Source: Moniliella sp. 'wahieum'
Taxonomy: Eukaryota
NCBI GenBank assembly: GCA_003971905.1
Contig: RSEE01000043.1
Coordinates: 372,001 to 436,000 of the forward strand
Direction of reading: 5' to 3'
DNA length: 64,000 nucleotides
In this document: in pieces, positions 39,901 through 52,808 of the stretch
How positions within the stretch are numbered: the stretch's first letter is position 1
Layout of the letters: each line of letters opens with the position of its first letter
Made by a program: the position numbers and the translations under genes
Notes under the pieces: generated by a model
What the model was told of the DNA's origin: nothing
The model's database searches: none
Seen by the model: only the letters and a program-made list of their open reading frames with translations

Positions 39901-42039
39901 ATGTCGCTTCAGGTCAACTTGACCTCTCCCCAGATCCGCACCGCCTATGAGGCCGTGCGCAATGGCTCGGAGGACTACCTCATCCTTTCGTACGAACGCG
40001 GCTTTTCCAACGACCTCCGTGTCCAAGCCGAAGGCAGTGGCTCCCTCGCCGACGTTGCCGACGAGTTCAACGATGGCAAGATCATGTACGCCTATGTGCG
40101 TGTCACGGATCCCAACACCCAGCTCCCCAAGTTCGTGTTGATCAACTGGTGTGGCGAAGGCGTGCCGACGACCAAGAAGGGGCTCTTCCCCTCCCATTCC
40201 CAGGCCGTCGCCCGTTTTCTCACCCCGGCCCACGTGACCGTCCAGGCTCGTGACGACGATGATGTCGACCCCAAAGCCATTATGAAGAAGGTGACCGACT
40301 CGTCGGGCGCCAAGTATTCCGTTGCTGGTGACGCGGCCCATGCCCGCCCGACACCTATTGCCGCCGTTGGGACGGCATACAAGCCAATTGGTACTCCCGA
40401 TATCAAGGGACTTCAGGCCCAAGCCAAGCCCGAGCCAATTACGCCTACCGGTACCGCCTACCAGAGCAGGAAAAACGAATTAGCCGAGATTCGTGCGCGC
40501 GCCGCGTCCGGACGCCTGGATGAGTCGGCACCTTCGGCCCCCCGTCCGCCGCCTAGCAAGCCGACCCCTGCTCCGGCCCATCGGTTCGGTGCCCCCGCCC
40601 CTCGTGGATTTGGGGGCGTCAAGACCGCGCCTGCGGAGGACGATGATGATGACTTTGCAGCGCCCAAGCCTTCTGCCATTCGGGCGGCCAACGCGACCGC
40701 GACCGCAGCCACCGCAGCACCCGGTGCGTTCCGAGGTCCTGCTCCGGTCGTGCGCGGTCCGGCGTTTGGTGCACCCAAACCGAGTGTGACACGTTCCGTG
40801 CCGCCTCCTGCTGCTGCGCCGGCTCCTACTCCTGCTCCGGCGCCGGCTGCGCCCAAGCCCAAGGTTGAGGAGCCCGAGGAGGCCGACCGGATTCAGCCAG
40901 TGGGTACTACCTACGAGCCCGTCAAGCTCAAGCCGGGCAAATTGGCCATGAACCGTTTCCCCTTCAACCAGCCTGCTGAACCCGAGCCGGCTCCTATCCC
41001 GCGTGCCCACAACACTGGCAAGCTGACCTGGTCCCAGCGCCAGGAACAGGCGCGCAAAGCTCGGGAAGCTGAGGAGGCCCAATCCGCCGCTTCGCTCGAG
41101 TCCACACCCAAGCCTACTCCGTCGTTTGGGGTGTGGCTACGGGTGCTGCGGTCGGCGCTGGCGCAGCTGCTGGGTTTGGCGCAGCACGGGCCATGTTCAA
41201 CCACCCGCAAGAAGAGGAGGCAGCTCCGGCCCCGCCGCCGCCTCCGCCGCCCCCTCCTGCTTTTGCTGCTGAACCTGAGCCCGAACCCGAAGCCGCCGCG
41301 GTAACCTCGTCGCTGGCTGCCACGAACCTGGGTGGGCAAGGCCCAGTGGCGATTGCGGTGTATGACTATGCCGCCGAGGAAGAGGGGAGCTGACTCTGGA
41401 GGAAGGGATGAAGGTGACCAACTTGGACATGACGGATGAAGGGTGGTGGTCGGGTACGGCACCAGATGGAACGACAGGTCTGTTCCCGGCATCGTATGTG
41501 GAGGTGCAAGAGACAGAAGAGGCCGTTCCGGCGCCTCCGCCGCCGCCTCCTCCGCCTGCGCCGGTCCAAGTGGAGCCGGAGGAAGAGGCAGCGCCGCCTC
41601 CGCCACCTCCGCCCCCGCCTCCGCCTCCTATGGCCTCGGCCGAGGTGGAAGAAGAGGAAGCTGCGCCTCCTCCCCCTCCTCCTCCTCCGCCCCCCCTCCT
41701 GCGCCCGTGGCAATGGAGGAAGAGGAAGCCGCCCCGCCTCCGCCGCCTCCGCCTCCGCCGCCGCCCCCTGCCCCGGCAGCAGAGCCGGAAGAAGATTTGG
41801 CTCCGCCTCCACCGCCGCCGCCGCCTCCCCCTCCTGCTGCTGCCGCTGCATCGACCGACCAGGGCCAGACAGCGGTAGCACTGTACGACTACGAGGCGGG
41901 TGACGAGACGGAGCTGTCGTTTGCCGAGGGCGACGAGCTGATCCAGATTGAGTACCCGTCGGACGAGTGGTGGCAAGGCGTCAACCCTCGGACGGGAGGC
42001 GAGGGGTACTTCCCTGCCAACTATGTCGAGCTGCGCTAA
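39901..42039 (+). CDS. ABP1: Actin-binding protein Abp1/drebrin-like (ADF-H domain, Pro-rich region, two SH3 domains)
   Basis: ADF-H LPKFVLINWCGEGVP; DSSGAKYS; SH3 #1 AIAVYDYAAEE..EGWWSG..GLFPASYV; SH3 #2 AVALYDYEAGDETELSF..EWWQG..GYFPANYVELR*. Confidence 0.93.
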
Positions 42040-42328
42040 GCGCTAACCTGAGCCATCTGAGCCTCAGGCGGCAGCCAGGTGAGCCATGCCTGCTGCACAT
42101 GCAACCTGCACCTTGCCAAAGCTACTAGTAGGCCAAAGAGATTGAGTTTGTCTCCCCCAGACGGTTGTGCGATGTGGGCATCAGGCAGGCGGAAGACCAT
42201 GCGACTGGGTGGTGGAAACCGGGGATTGCGCGTGGCTGCTGCAGGCTATAGGTAGGCCAAAGAGGGGTGGATGGGATGGGATGGGCGATGGGGGTACCAC
42301 ACAGATCTCATGGTACACTGGTGCGCCT

Positions 42329-42460
42329 CACGTGGGCTCGCTGGCATTCCAGCGCAGCGCATCGATGCACCGCGCGAGCAAGCGGCAACAGTGGCGCAGT
42401 GCTGGGCAGTGCTATCGGCTGGAGCTGGCGCAGGGGCCCAGCCTGTGAGCGTGGCACGTG
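42329..42460 (+). promoter_or_regulatory. Two CACGTG E-boxes (Pho4-like sites) upstream of the alkaline phosphatase
   Basis: CACGTGGG at 42329 and GCACGTGA at 42454. Confidence 0.4.
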
Positions 42461-42735
42461 ACAGCGGGATCCCATCCTGACCCTACTGTGGCGGCCAGGG
42501 GGGAATGCAACCCTAGTTTAGGTCGTCGACATTGCACGGGCGAGACGCTGCCATGCTTCATCAGCTAGCGCGCAGCGTATCAGTTGGGCATTGAATTGAA
42601 CGTTGAACTTGAACGGACTAAACCTTGAACGTTTGAACCTGGCTACTGATATACTGATCCACTGGCGAGCCTAGGCAGGCAGCCATGAATGCATGACGTG
42701 GGTACGTTGGGCACGCTCCTGTCGCCGCCCCACCC

Positions 42736-42778
42736 TCCGCCACCGCCACCGCCACCGCCACCGCCACCGCCACCGCCA
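42736..42778. repeat. Hexanucleotide microsatellite (CCGCCA)~7
   Basis: Read directly from the sequence. Confidence 0.9.
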
Positions 42779-42802
42779 CTCCCCCCTCGGAGCGAGTCCG
42801 CC

Positions 42803-45085
42803 ATGGGCTCCTCTCCGCCGCTCTGCCGGCTCTGCTGACCCCGCTCCCATCCATCACACTCGTTCTACCGGAGGCGATCCGGCACCCATCCACGCCAGCC
42901 AGCACCCCCGTGCCGCCGCTGGCCAGCGTACTGGTGGTGCTCACTCCGCCCAGTCGTCTGCCTATTCGGCCGCCCACCTCCCTTCTCTCCGCCCGCCGCC
43001 TGGTGCCATCAGTCCCCTCGACCGTCCGTATGTGGCACTGGCGCTGGACCAGGAGGTGTCCGACTCGGAGGAGACGCCGTTCATCTCTGTTTCCGCCAAG
43101 CTGGACGAAAGCATGACCAATCTCCCGCTCAGGCTCAGGCTCAGGCGCCGGCGCAGGCCCCGACCGCCACGGGCAGGGCTGCGATTTGTTCTGCTGCTGG
43201 CCTTCGTTGTTGTGGCAGGGACACTTGCCATTGTGCGCCCTCGGTCCCTTGCCCCGGACATGCGCTGAACCGTATGCGCCACGACTACCAACACCATGCG
43301 CACAGTCCCGCCCAAGCTGTTGCCATGGCCAGCCACAAGGCCAAAGTAGGAAAGAAGACCAATGTGATCTTTATGATCTCCGACGGTTATGGGCCGGCGA
43401 GTGAGACGTTTACTCGCGCCTTTACCCAGGCACGGTCCGCCCAGTCTACCGATGCAAGCGCGCCGGTGCACCCGCCCCTGCTCAGTTGCCGCTCGACCAG
43501 TTCCTCGTGGGCCAACACCGGTCGATGAGCAGTGACAGCTTGATCACCGACTCGGCCGCTGGTGCTACAGCCTTTGCTTCTGCGGTCAAGAGTTACAATG
43601 GTGCGATTGGTGTGGTGGCCAACGTGTCTGGGCCGGGGGGCACGAGTCCTGTGGCGACGTTGTTCGAAGCGGCCAAGTTGCAAAAGGGTCTCTTGACGGG
43701 CGTGGTGTGACGTCGCGCCTGACTGATGCGACGCCCGCCTGCTTTATTTCGCATGCGGACGACCGGTCGATGGAGCCCCTGATTGCCGAGCATATTGTCC
43801 GTGGCAGTCTCAATGGCCTCTCCACCCGCCCTAGTAAGACCCAGGCCACACGCACCACCACGTACCCTCGCACGGTGGATTTGGCCATTGGAGGAGGCGC
43901 CTGTGCCTTCCTGCCTTCGACCCACCCTCTCAGCTGCCGCAAGGACACGGTTGACCTCCTCGCCGAAGCTCGTCTGGGCGATTGGAACGTAGCTGCTTCC
44001 TGGCTGAATGCAGAGGGGGTTCGGTCCAAGCCTGCAGGCTCAAATGCTCACAGCGAAGCCGAGGTGACTCCCGCTCTTTGGAAGCAGAAGTTTCTCTTGG
44101 GCTCGGAGACAGCTTCACCTCGGTACCCAAGTGTTGAAGGCCAAGACGGCGACTGGGAGCGCGCTTCCATTCCTCGGGCTGATGGCACCCTACAACACTC
44201 CGTATGAGGTGGACCGACTGCAACTCCTTGCCGCCCACGCGGGATCTGGATTGGAGGAAGAGGCCCGTGCCCGCTGGCCCTCGCTCAAAGAGTTGAGCTT
44301 GGGTGCCATCCATGCTCTCCACGATGACAAGAGCAACGAAAACGGGTTTATGCTGATGATTGAAGGTTCGCAGATCGACCTGTGTGCGCATGAGAATGAC
44401 CCGGCGTGCCATGCGTTCGAGGCGTCCGCGTATCAGGATACCGTCGCTGCCGTCTCAGCCTGGGTCGATGCGCACAACAATGAGGAGGAGGAGACCATCC
44501 TGGTTTCCACCTCGGACCACGAAACAGGAGGCTTGACCCTTGGCCGACAACTTACGCCCGCGTACCCCAACTATGCCTACTACCCTGAACGCCTGATCCA
44601 CGCCAAGGCCAGCGCGGCTACCTTGAGCCGCAAGTTGGTTACCCATGTGACACAAGCGTCCCAAGCGCATACCCTGACCAAGTCTCAGCTGGAATCGTGG
44701 TGCGAACCCACATTCTTGGCCAAGAGGGCGCCGGGTTTGGTCCCAAGGCCGGAGGCGCCGTGCGAGATGACGAGGTGGCGGGTGTGCTGGCCTGCCTGGA
44801 TTGGCTGGAGCCCGAATCAGCCCCTGCCCACACGATGGTGCCCCGATCAACACTCACGATACCTGCCGCCGTGCGATTGCCGACCTCGTGTCGCGGCGGG
44901 TCGAGGTGGGATGGTCGACGCAGGGCCACACGGGTGTCGACATTAATGTGTATGCACATGGCGCGCCGGTCCTGGCGGATCTCAAGGGCAACATGGACAA
45001 CAACATACATTGCCCAGTTCATTGCCGATACGCTTCGTCTCGATCTGGGCACGGTCACCCACAACTGCAAGCGTCGTACCACTAA
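42803..45085 (+). CDS. PHO8: Alkaline phosphatase, Pho8-like type II membrane protein
   Basis: TM FVLLLAFVVVAGTLAIV; NVIFMISDGYGPAS; catalytic LITDSAAGATAFA; TSRLTDATPACF; LMIEGSQIDLCAHEND; TSDHETGG; GHTGVDINVYA. The start is approximate. Confidence 0.92.
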
Positions 45086-45840
45086 CTTTTTTATGCTTCC
45101 CTGTTCCCTGTGCACTGTGCACTGTGCCCTCTCCCACTTCATCATCTCTCTTTCGTGCAACATGTTATGAACCACACTAACGGTTCCCGGCGTATTGTCT
45201 ATTTTTCCTCTTCCCGCTCACGCAACCGCGGCGCGATAGCGTCCCAATGTCGCTTTCAATAGTGTATCGAACGTAGTATCGGGGAGACACCTCTCTCCAA
45301 GCGGTAAATGCAGTGGCGTTAGGCCTCCGCCCTCTTTCTGGACAGGGACAGTAGACGGCCAAGAGCAGTGATGCATGCATAATGCTTCAGGACAACGGTG
45401 TCGTCTCAAGCCCGCTCTTTAAACGTGGAGAACCTCTCTGTGGAGGGGATGTATATGCGGGGCCATTTGCAGGCAACGTTTTTCGTCGCAAGCAAGTCAT
45501 AACATGATGCATGTCCGGCCCAACAAGACCGAGAGCGCTGTGCTCTTGGCGGTATGCTTTGGCTGGTGAACCAGCGGGTGTGGGTCTGGGGTAGCTAAAA
45601 TCCCTAGAGAATATAGCGATGGCAAACGCCTGTGCACTTTTTACATAAGCCTCACGTCAGCCACCCGTCCCAGCCACCAGCAACGATCGGTGATATTATT
45701 TCGTCTTTCCAGCGTGGAAGGGTTCCAGCGTGGAACGGGGCCGGTGGAACGGTGGCTAAGGTGGCGACGCAGCACCAAGCTGGGGCGAAGCCCCAGCTGA
45801 CCGGGCCGTATGCCCGGTGGTCCTCCTCGTAAAAAAGAAG

Positions 45841-45934
45841 TGACTGCCCCAGAATCGAACTGAGAATAACAGAGCTCGGTGAGCTTACGATTGCGCAACC
45901 ACAATCTGTCGTGATACCTTTTCACCAGGCAATC
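45841..45934 (-). tRNA. tRNA-His(GTG), intron-containing
   Basis: Reverse complement GATTGCCTGGTGAAAAGGTATCACG-ACAGA TT GTG G [~24-nt intron] C TCTGT-TATT-CTCAGTTCGATTCTGG(G)GGCAGTCA followed by an oligo-T terminator. One G of a G-run appears to be missing. Confidence 0.88.
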
Positions 45935-47589
45935 TTTGATGTCACAAGTAATTGTTTGGCATATACATATGCCCTTGGACGGGTATCTGGGCACTTTTCA
46001 CTGGCCCCACTCTTCTAAAAAGCGCATGCGGGCTCTAGGTGGTGTTCCGTGGTATCTCGGAGGAGGGTGCGGCCGCAGGTTGGAAATGATTTTTTCAACA
46101 TGTCATGACGAACCTACCCCTACGGCTATATAAGAAAACCAAGATGCGGCTGCCCACAAAGGCCTCTGTATATATGCCCGAGGAGTTCAAGACGAGCGCC
46201 AGCGTTTCGTGCTAGCGAAGTGGGAGTCCTGTGTTGGCAGGGTCATTGAACGGGTGTGCACATGAACCTGCATAGTACGCCTGCACAGGCTCTGTTCTTC
46301 TCTGGCTAGAGAACGTCACTTCTCTTCTCACAGTTTCTCTGGACGAGGCCCATCAACTGGATTTCACTGTCCTACAGAGGTGCTGTTTCTGTCTTCCCAT
46401 CTGTCGAAAACCCCCACTTCTCCACGCCTACCATCATCGGGTGCACACTCTCACAAACAGCATACCTTCCGCTCGGACAAGATCTCTAACAGCGCTATAC
46501 ATCCCGCAAACCTGCCAAGACCCGACAGAGTTACTTGGTTCCAACACGCTCCCTACCGCCACAAGGGCGCGAGTAGAGCACCAACATGGTTAAATACCCT
46601 CCTCTCTCGCAGCAACCTCACCACTTCCTTTTCTGTACTTCGTTAAAAGTGATTTTGTGGATGCCTATAAATACGTCCTCTTCCCACAAACCCCTGTCGG
46701 TCCCATTCTTACACAGCCCTATATGTACCGAAAGGAGAACCAAAATGCAAAAGAGATTGATGGAAGCAATATGTGTTGGTTGTGGACGGCAGTGTGTGTC
46801 AGCTGTACATCTGGCTCTCTTCTATGTCTGTGCCCAGTATTGCCCTCGTTTACCCACAACCAAATCCAGATTTTGGCTTCAAGCTGCCCACCTCTTCTCT
46901 CGTTCCTCTGGTTGCCAGGGCAATGGGGACGAACGGCAATTAAAATTATCGAGGTGGCAGTACCCGAGAGTTTTGTAGTACGGTATCTGGACGGGAGAAG
47001 CCATGTGCGAACGCTGGTCCATTGAAAGCATGTGAGCAACTAGTATAGCAGCGCAGGCAAGGCGTGGGGTATATGAGTGGTGAAGCAGTGATGTAGTGTG
47101 ACATGTGATGACATCACCAGGGGAGTGACGTAACGCATCTCATCCCAAGCCCACAATCAGTACTGAGACTAGTACGCAGGCCCCTGGCGGGGAGGAGCTA
47201 TTGCGGCAAGGCAGTGGGAGGGAAGTACGATGGTGAAGCGTGACATGTGACATGCGACACCTCGGGAAACCAGCACAGGGCCGTGTAAGCGCATGGGCGT
47301 AGTCGGCCATAGTTCGTTCTCATCACGTTTTTTTCCAATCACCCCGATCGAAACAAAGGGGGCAGGCGCGAGGGTTGCCAACGCACGCTGACGCGGCGAG
47401 CAACGCCGTTCCCTCAGCTGTTGCTCTGCGCAACGAAACCTCCAACGCTTCGGAGTGTCCAGCTCTAGCACATCACCGCTGGCCGCCCCACGCGCCTCCA
47501 GGTCTGCTGAACAAGCGATGCAGCGCCTTCCGCCCACCTGTCGATCTTCCCTCTCATACTTCCACCCGCCCAGGGGGACGACGAGACGA

Positions 47590-48726
47590 TGAGCAACTCG
47601 GTCTATCCGCTCTAGACACCAGCGGATGTCAAAGACCGACAAGCCCAAGGGCAAAAAGCACAAGACCCCGATTGACGATGCGGTGCGACAACGTATCTGT
47701 CAGCATGCAATGCCACCCAGGATGAAGCAGAGGGATATTGCTGCACTCTTTTGTTTGGAACGGAGTACAGTGAGTAATCCTAAAGAACAAGGCAATATTG
47801 GCGATGCGAATCGAGGAGCCTTCCTTGATCGAGATCGCACGATTCGCCGCCCCATTCTCGAGGGTAAGCTGTTGGAGTTTGTGTACTGGATGGCATCGGA
47901 AGGCGCGCCGCCGCCGGACAATGACCTACTCCGCGCCAAGGCAACTGAGATTGACATGAGCCAGCGGGCGAGCCAACCACCAGGGGGGGACGCAAGTACC
48001 TCGGGCAACGATGCACTCACTGGCCCTTCTGACTATCCCTTTGTTCCTTCGGACACATGGCTTTCCTCATTCCGAGCGCGGCACCGTTTGATCAACCCCA
48101 CTCAGGCGTTGGCGCCAGATGAGCACAAGCTCGAATGGGAAGCGAACTACGAGCACGCATCCCCTCATGCCTGCTGCCAAGCGCCGGTCCTCCATCCGGG
48201 ACAACTCGGTTCCCATGAGGCCAAAATCCAGCATAGCGAATGTGCCCAACCCGCTGCAGTCGCACTCTACTCCACCTCGGCAGGGGCCCTCTCGTTAAGC
48301 GAGGCCGACTCCGCGTTGGCTGTACTGCTTCAATTTGTACGCGAACAGCCCGAGGACGTTTGTTCGCCTCAGCACCACTTTCTCATGGGGCATCTACAAG
48401 CCACTATTTCGCGCCTCGCTGCTGCTCAGAACGGGGGCGGACAGTCTCCTCCTCCCCCCAACCACGCGCAAGCCTCCCCACCTCATTATGCTCCCCAGAG
48501 TACCATACCTTGGGCCATTGGACATGGCTCCGGAATCTCACCTCATCACCAGAAATCGCCCTCTTCTATGCAAGAAAATGGGAGCTCAAAACGCACCGGG
48601 GACGATGTATCTCCTCATTTGGTCCCCGCACCAGCACCGGCAATGGCGTCCAACTCGTTTGCTGCTTCACACGAGTCTACGTCAAGGGATGTACCGGCTC
48701 CAACACTGCCCCCCCATTCATCCTAA
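47590..48726 (+). CDS. CENP-B/pogo-type HTH DNA-binding protein, copy A (no DDE domain; possibly degenerate)
   Basis: IDDAVRQRICQHA..MKQRDIAALFCLERSTVS; RPILEGKLLEFV..LLRAKA..FVPSDTWLSSFRARH; C-terminal EADSALAVLLQFVREQPE. The 5' end is uncertain. Confidence 0.75.
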
Positions 48727-49260
48727 ATATGTTAGTTCTACTCCTGCCTGCTTCGTAGGATGTTTTTATAGGGGTGCCAAGGGTCTGGCTTTGGACGGCA
48801 TGCCATCAGGATGGCCGAACAGCAATGTTAGAGAGTGGTGGGCAGGATGAACAGACCGGGGCGGGTTACCGGTTACCCTGGTACCCGGTTATGGAGGGCC
48901 AAAGACCCCGCAAAGAAAGGCATGAACCAGATTGAAATTTGAAACGGAGACGTGCATGCCTTCGCGTGATGAGCTTGGGCTTCGGACACCATCAATTTGA
49001 CACCACCTCACTTTGTCTTCACCACACCCGCTTCACTTATTTTCCCCCTCCCTTTTCAGGGCAATTCAACTCACAACCAACCTCAGCAACTTGGATATGA
49101 GTGGCAGAGTCCGTGCCGGATCAATCGCGTGTGTGTTGCCCTCACCATCTCTTCAAGTTTCAGGCCCCACACACAGTTATATTGTGGAGAAACGCGTCGC
49201 CTTCAGAGACAAATGTATACTCTTCTGAATACTCAGTGCGCCCCTCTGTTCTTGTTTACT

Positions 49261-49400
49261 TGAAGCTTGAAGCTTGAAGCTTGACGGGCCTGAGCCTGAC
49301 GGGTCACACACATACCCACCGGCTGTGCGTATGACTCTGTTCTAGATCTTCCTTGAAGCTTGAAGCTTGAAGCTTGAAGCTCTTGAAGCTCGAAGCTTCA
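49261..49400. repeat. (TGAAGCT)n heptamer arrays
   Basis: Three or more copies at 49261-49284 and four or more at about 49354-49398. Confidence 0.9.
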
Positions 49401-50645
49401 ATAGCTTGACCAGCTTGACCGGTTGACGATCACTAACGCAGGTAATGAGGTCATGGGGGGGGGATAGTTCAGAAAGCCTCTAACGATATTGCCACTGACG
49501 CTGCCGACATGGCGGACACGTGTCTTTAGCTTGAACGTATCCCCTTGTGTTACCTTCCTGGGGAAGGATCCTGTAACAAAAGGACGCCAGTGTCGTCACT
49601 GACATGCTTTCGAAGACCAACACGACGGGCCTATCCATGCTTTCGGGCCTTTAACGCATAACGTGCTGGGATGTGGGAGGCTCTCTGTGAAGCATGTGAA
49701 GGGCGGAAGAGTAATAGAAGCAATCTTACTCGCATCCAGTCAAATTGCATCGGTGCGGCAGTGGGGGCTGACACAGTCAGTGACTAGTGATGTGACATGG
49801 CGATGATTGGATTACATTTCTTCTCTAGAGACAAGAAGCGCGACACGGACACTAGGTCACTGCCCTGTCACATGTCACATGTCATCACGCCTGCGCCTTG
49901 GTTTTCCTGGGTTTGCTTTTCCTTCTGCGGCGTCTCTGGACGACTGACGACGCACTGAGTACTGACACCGCCTCCCCTCGATAGTTGGTAATCGGTACCA
50001 TGTAACACTCCGTGCTCGTGATCAGCTCGCTAGCTCTTTCCCCCAGTCGTGGCCATCTGAGTACTGAGTGCGGCTCGTTGGTCACGCCTCACGGCGCAAG
50101 TTCAGCAGCAGCTCAAGGAGCCAGTCCATAAGCACACTGTAGCCCATCGCTAGAGAGCAAGTGTGCGCAGGAGGAGACACTGGGGAGAAGGATGGCGGGC
50201 GGCGGGCGAGAAGGACGGCGGTAGCAAGCGTGGCAAGCGAGTTCGAGACGACGATCCGCCGTCGGGAGCCAATGGAGCAGCCCGGCCAAGGCGAAAAACG
50301 GGAACCCAGGATCCAAGTGGGCCAACACCCGCGCTGGGCTGCCGGCGAATGCAAGTGATGCTGGTGGCTGATGCTGGTGACACGCATGCTGTGCGCTGGT
50401 GGCGGCCGCTGCGGTAGACAGTGGCGCTGTGCGGCGGTGATCAAGCCGTGACACAGCTTCGGCGTGCAGCGTGGGGGCAGTGTAGCGCCATGCGCGTAGT
50501 TGGCCACCATCATTCGTTCCCATCACGTTCTTTCAAATCACTCCAATCGAAATAGAAGCAGCAGGCCCGCAGACGCGACCAGCCAGCCAGCCATCCATCT
50601 GCCTGTCGCTCTGTCCAACCATCCAACGCGCCGACGCGCCCTCCA

Positions 50646-52359
50646 TGTCTGCCGACCAAGTGGAGGCAACGCACTCCGCTCCCCCTCCCCAGCGCCCGCG
50701 CCCCCATTTACGGTCGTGCCGGAGCCGACGTCCTCGTCTGGCCGGTGTCCGATCCCGCACCCGCGTCTGTGCACGGCAGCTCTGACATTCCTACATTAGC
50801 CGCTGTCCCGACTTCCACCCCAGAGGTGGATCCTTCCATTTTGCGACCCGTATCAGCCCCAGAGCCAGGTACGAAAGTAACGCCCAAACCAGATCCGGTC
50901 CCTGTGCCTGAAGCGGTGCTAGTACCAGAGCCAACATCTGCCGTAGGAGCAGGTGCTGTTAGCACTGAGCCTCCCTCGGTTCGTGGTGTCGTTCCAAATG
51001 CCATGCCATCCACCCTATGTATGCCACCTCACCTGGCCATGAAGTATGTGTCGCTCGCGTTCCTTTGCCCAACACTAACCGGTCACAGCCGGGCTACGCG
51101 CCACTTCCGGGTTTTGGCTTAGATCTAAGTGCGTCGCACCCCACAGCCCATTCCCATCTACACACCCCCACACACGTTTCCACCCCTCCACAGGGGTACG
51201 ACGAGACGATGAGCAACTCGGTTATATCGGGCCCAGACACAAGTATGATGTCAAAGACTGGTAAGCCCAAAAGCAAAAAACACAAGACGCGGATTGACGA
51301 CGCAGACCGACAACGAATCTGCCAGCATGCGGTGGCCAACCCTGGAATGAAGCAAGGGGATATTGCTGCGCTCTTTTGTTTGGAGCGGAGCACAGTGAGC
51401 AAAATCCTTAAACACAAGGACCGGTACTTGACGATGCAGGTTGACGAAACCTTCCTTGATCGGAACCGGACGATCCGCCGCCCCGCTCTCGAGAGTAAGC
51501 TGTTGGAATACGTGCGTTCGATGGCGTCGGAAGGCGTCCCTCCACCGGACAATGACCAACTTCGCGCCAAAGCGACTGAGATTGACATGAGCCAGCGGGC
51601 AAGCCAACCGCCCGAGGGGGACGCAAGTACCTCGGGTAGCCATGTACTCGCTGGCTCTCCTGACCCTTCCTTTGTTCCTTCGGACAAATGGCTTTCCTCA
51701 TTTCGAGCGCGGCACCGCTTGCACAACCCCGCTCCATCGTCAGACTCGAGTGAGAGCAAAAGTCCACTGGGAAGCGAGCTGCGAGCGCGCATGCACACAT
51801 GCCTCCTGCCAAGCGCAGTCTGGCAGTTGGAACTATCCCAGTCCCCTGTGCCCGGGGCCCACATGCCCCCTATGGTTCACCCACCGCAGTGGCACTCCAC
51901 CCCACCTCCCCAGGGGCCCGTCTCGCTCCACACGAGGCCGACACAGCCTTGTCTACCTTACTTCAGTTCTTACGGGAACAGCCAGAGGGGATTTGTTCGC
52001 CCCAGCATCACTTTATGTTGGGGCACCTGCAAGCCACCATTTCGCGCCTTGCTATGGCCCGGAACGGACCCGCTCCTCGGCAGGCACCGGCGCAGGGGCC
52101 CATGACCTCACACTATACTTCCGCGGGCACCCCTCCAGTGGGCGGTGGACATGGGTTTGTTTCCTCCTCCCTCAAGTCTTGCCTGGTATCACGCCAGAGA
52201 ACAGGACGTCAAAACGCGGCGGGCTCGATTCCTCCGCCTCGCCGGCGCCAGCCTACAGCAGCGCTTGCAGCAGCGCCCACATCTGCGGCTGCTTCGGTTG
52301 AGACCACGCGGGATGTGCCTCCTCCGCCGGAGCCAACGTCGCATCCTCGCTCGCCCTAA
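50646..52359 (+). CDS. CENP-B/pogo-type HTH DNA-binding protein, copy B (no DDE domain)
   Basis: Pro-rich first exon and an intron at about 51043-51088, then RIDDADRQRICQHAVANPGMKQGDIAALFCLERSTVSKILKHKDRYL (ABP1-N/psq-like HTH), RRPALESKLLEYV..QLRAKA..PSDKWLSSFRARHRL (Tc5/CENP-B HTH) and EADTALSTLLQFLREQPE. Confidence 0.82.
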
Positions 52360-52808
52360 AGTCGCTAGATTTGCTCCTGTCTGGTGGATGGGGTGCTCTC
52401 TATGCATGCTATGGGCTAGAAGGCGGTTCGGCGACGTGTGGGGTGGCCCTGGTTTGGTCGCATAGGAGTGGGGCGGTGGGCGGGCAGAAAACGACTTGGC
52501 CAAAGTGCAATTTGAAAGTGGAAATGGCGACGCGTGCTCCCAGGTGGGGCTGTTGCATGTGGCGTGTTTCATGCGACACGTGGCCTGCGACTAGGGACGG
52601 CCACGCGGGGAGTGCATTAGCTAAGCGGGGGCCCGTGCACTCGGAGTACTAGCACGGTCGCAGAACATAATGGCCCCTGTCAGCGTCTGGCTCGCCCTAG
52701 AGCCTCGACGAGACGATAAGCTGGCAAGCGTCGCCAGTGCAGAATACGCGAGCAAGTATGAGTGCGATCGGTGGAACTTCCGCTAATAAAAAGAGTGGTA
52801 AAAAAGAT

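Noticed and set aside
46120..47025. TATA-like boxes and a 122-aa ORF
   Set aside because: No recognisable domain, a non-ATG start and no clear splice structure, so it cannot be supported without RNA data.
47590..52359. Active pogo/Tc5 transposons
   Set aside because: No DDE domain, no terminal inverted repeats seen, and copy B contains an intron.
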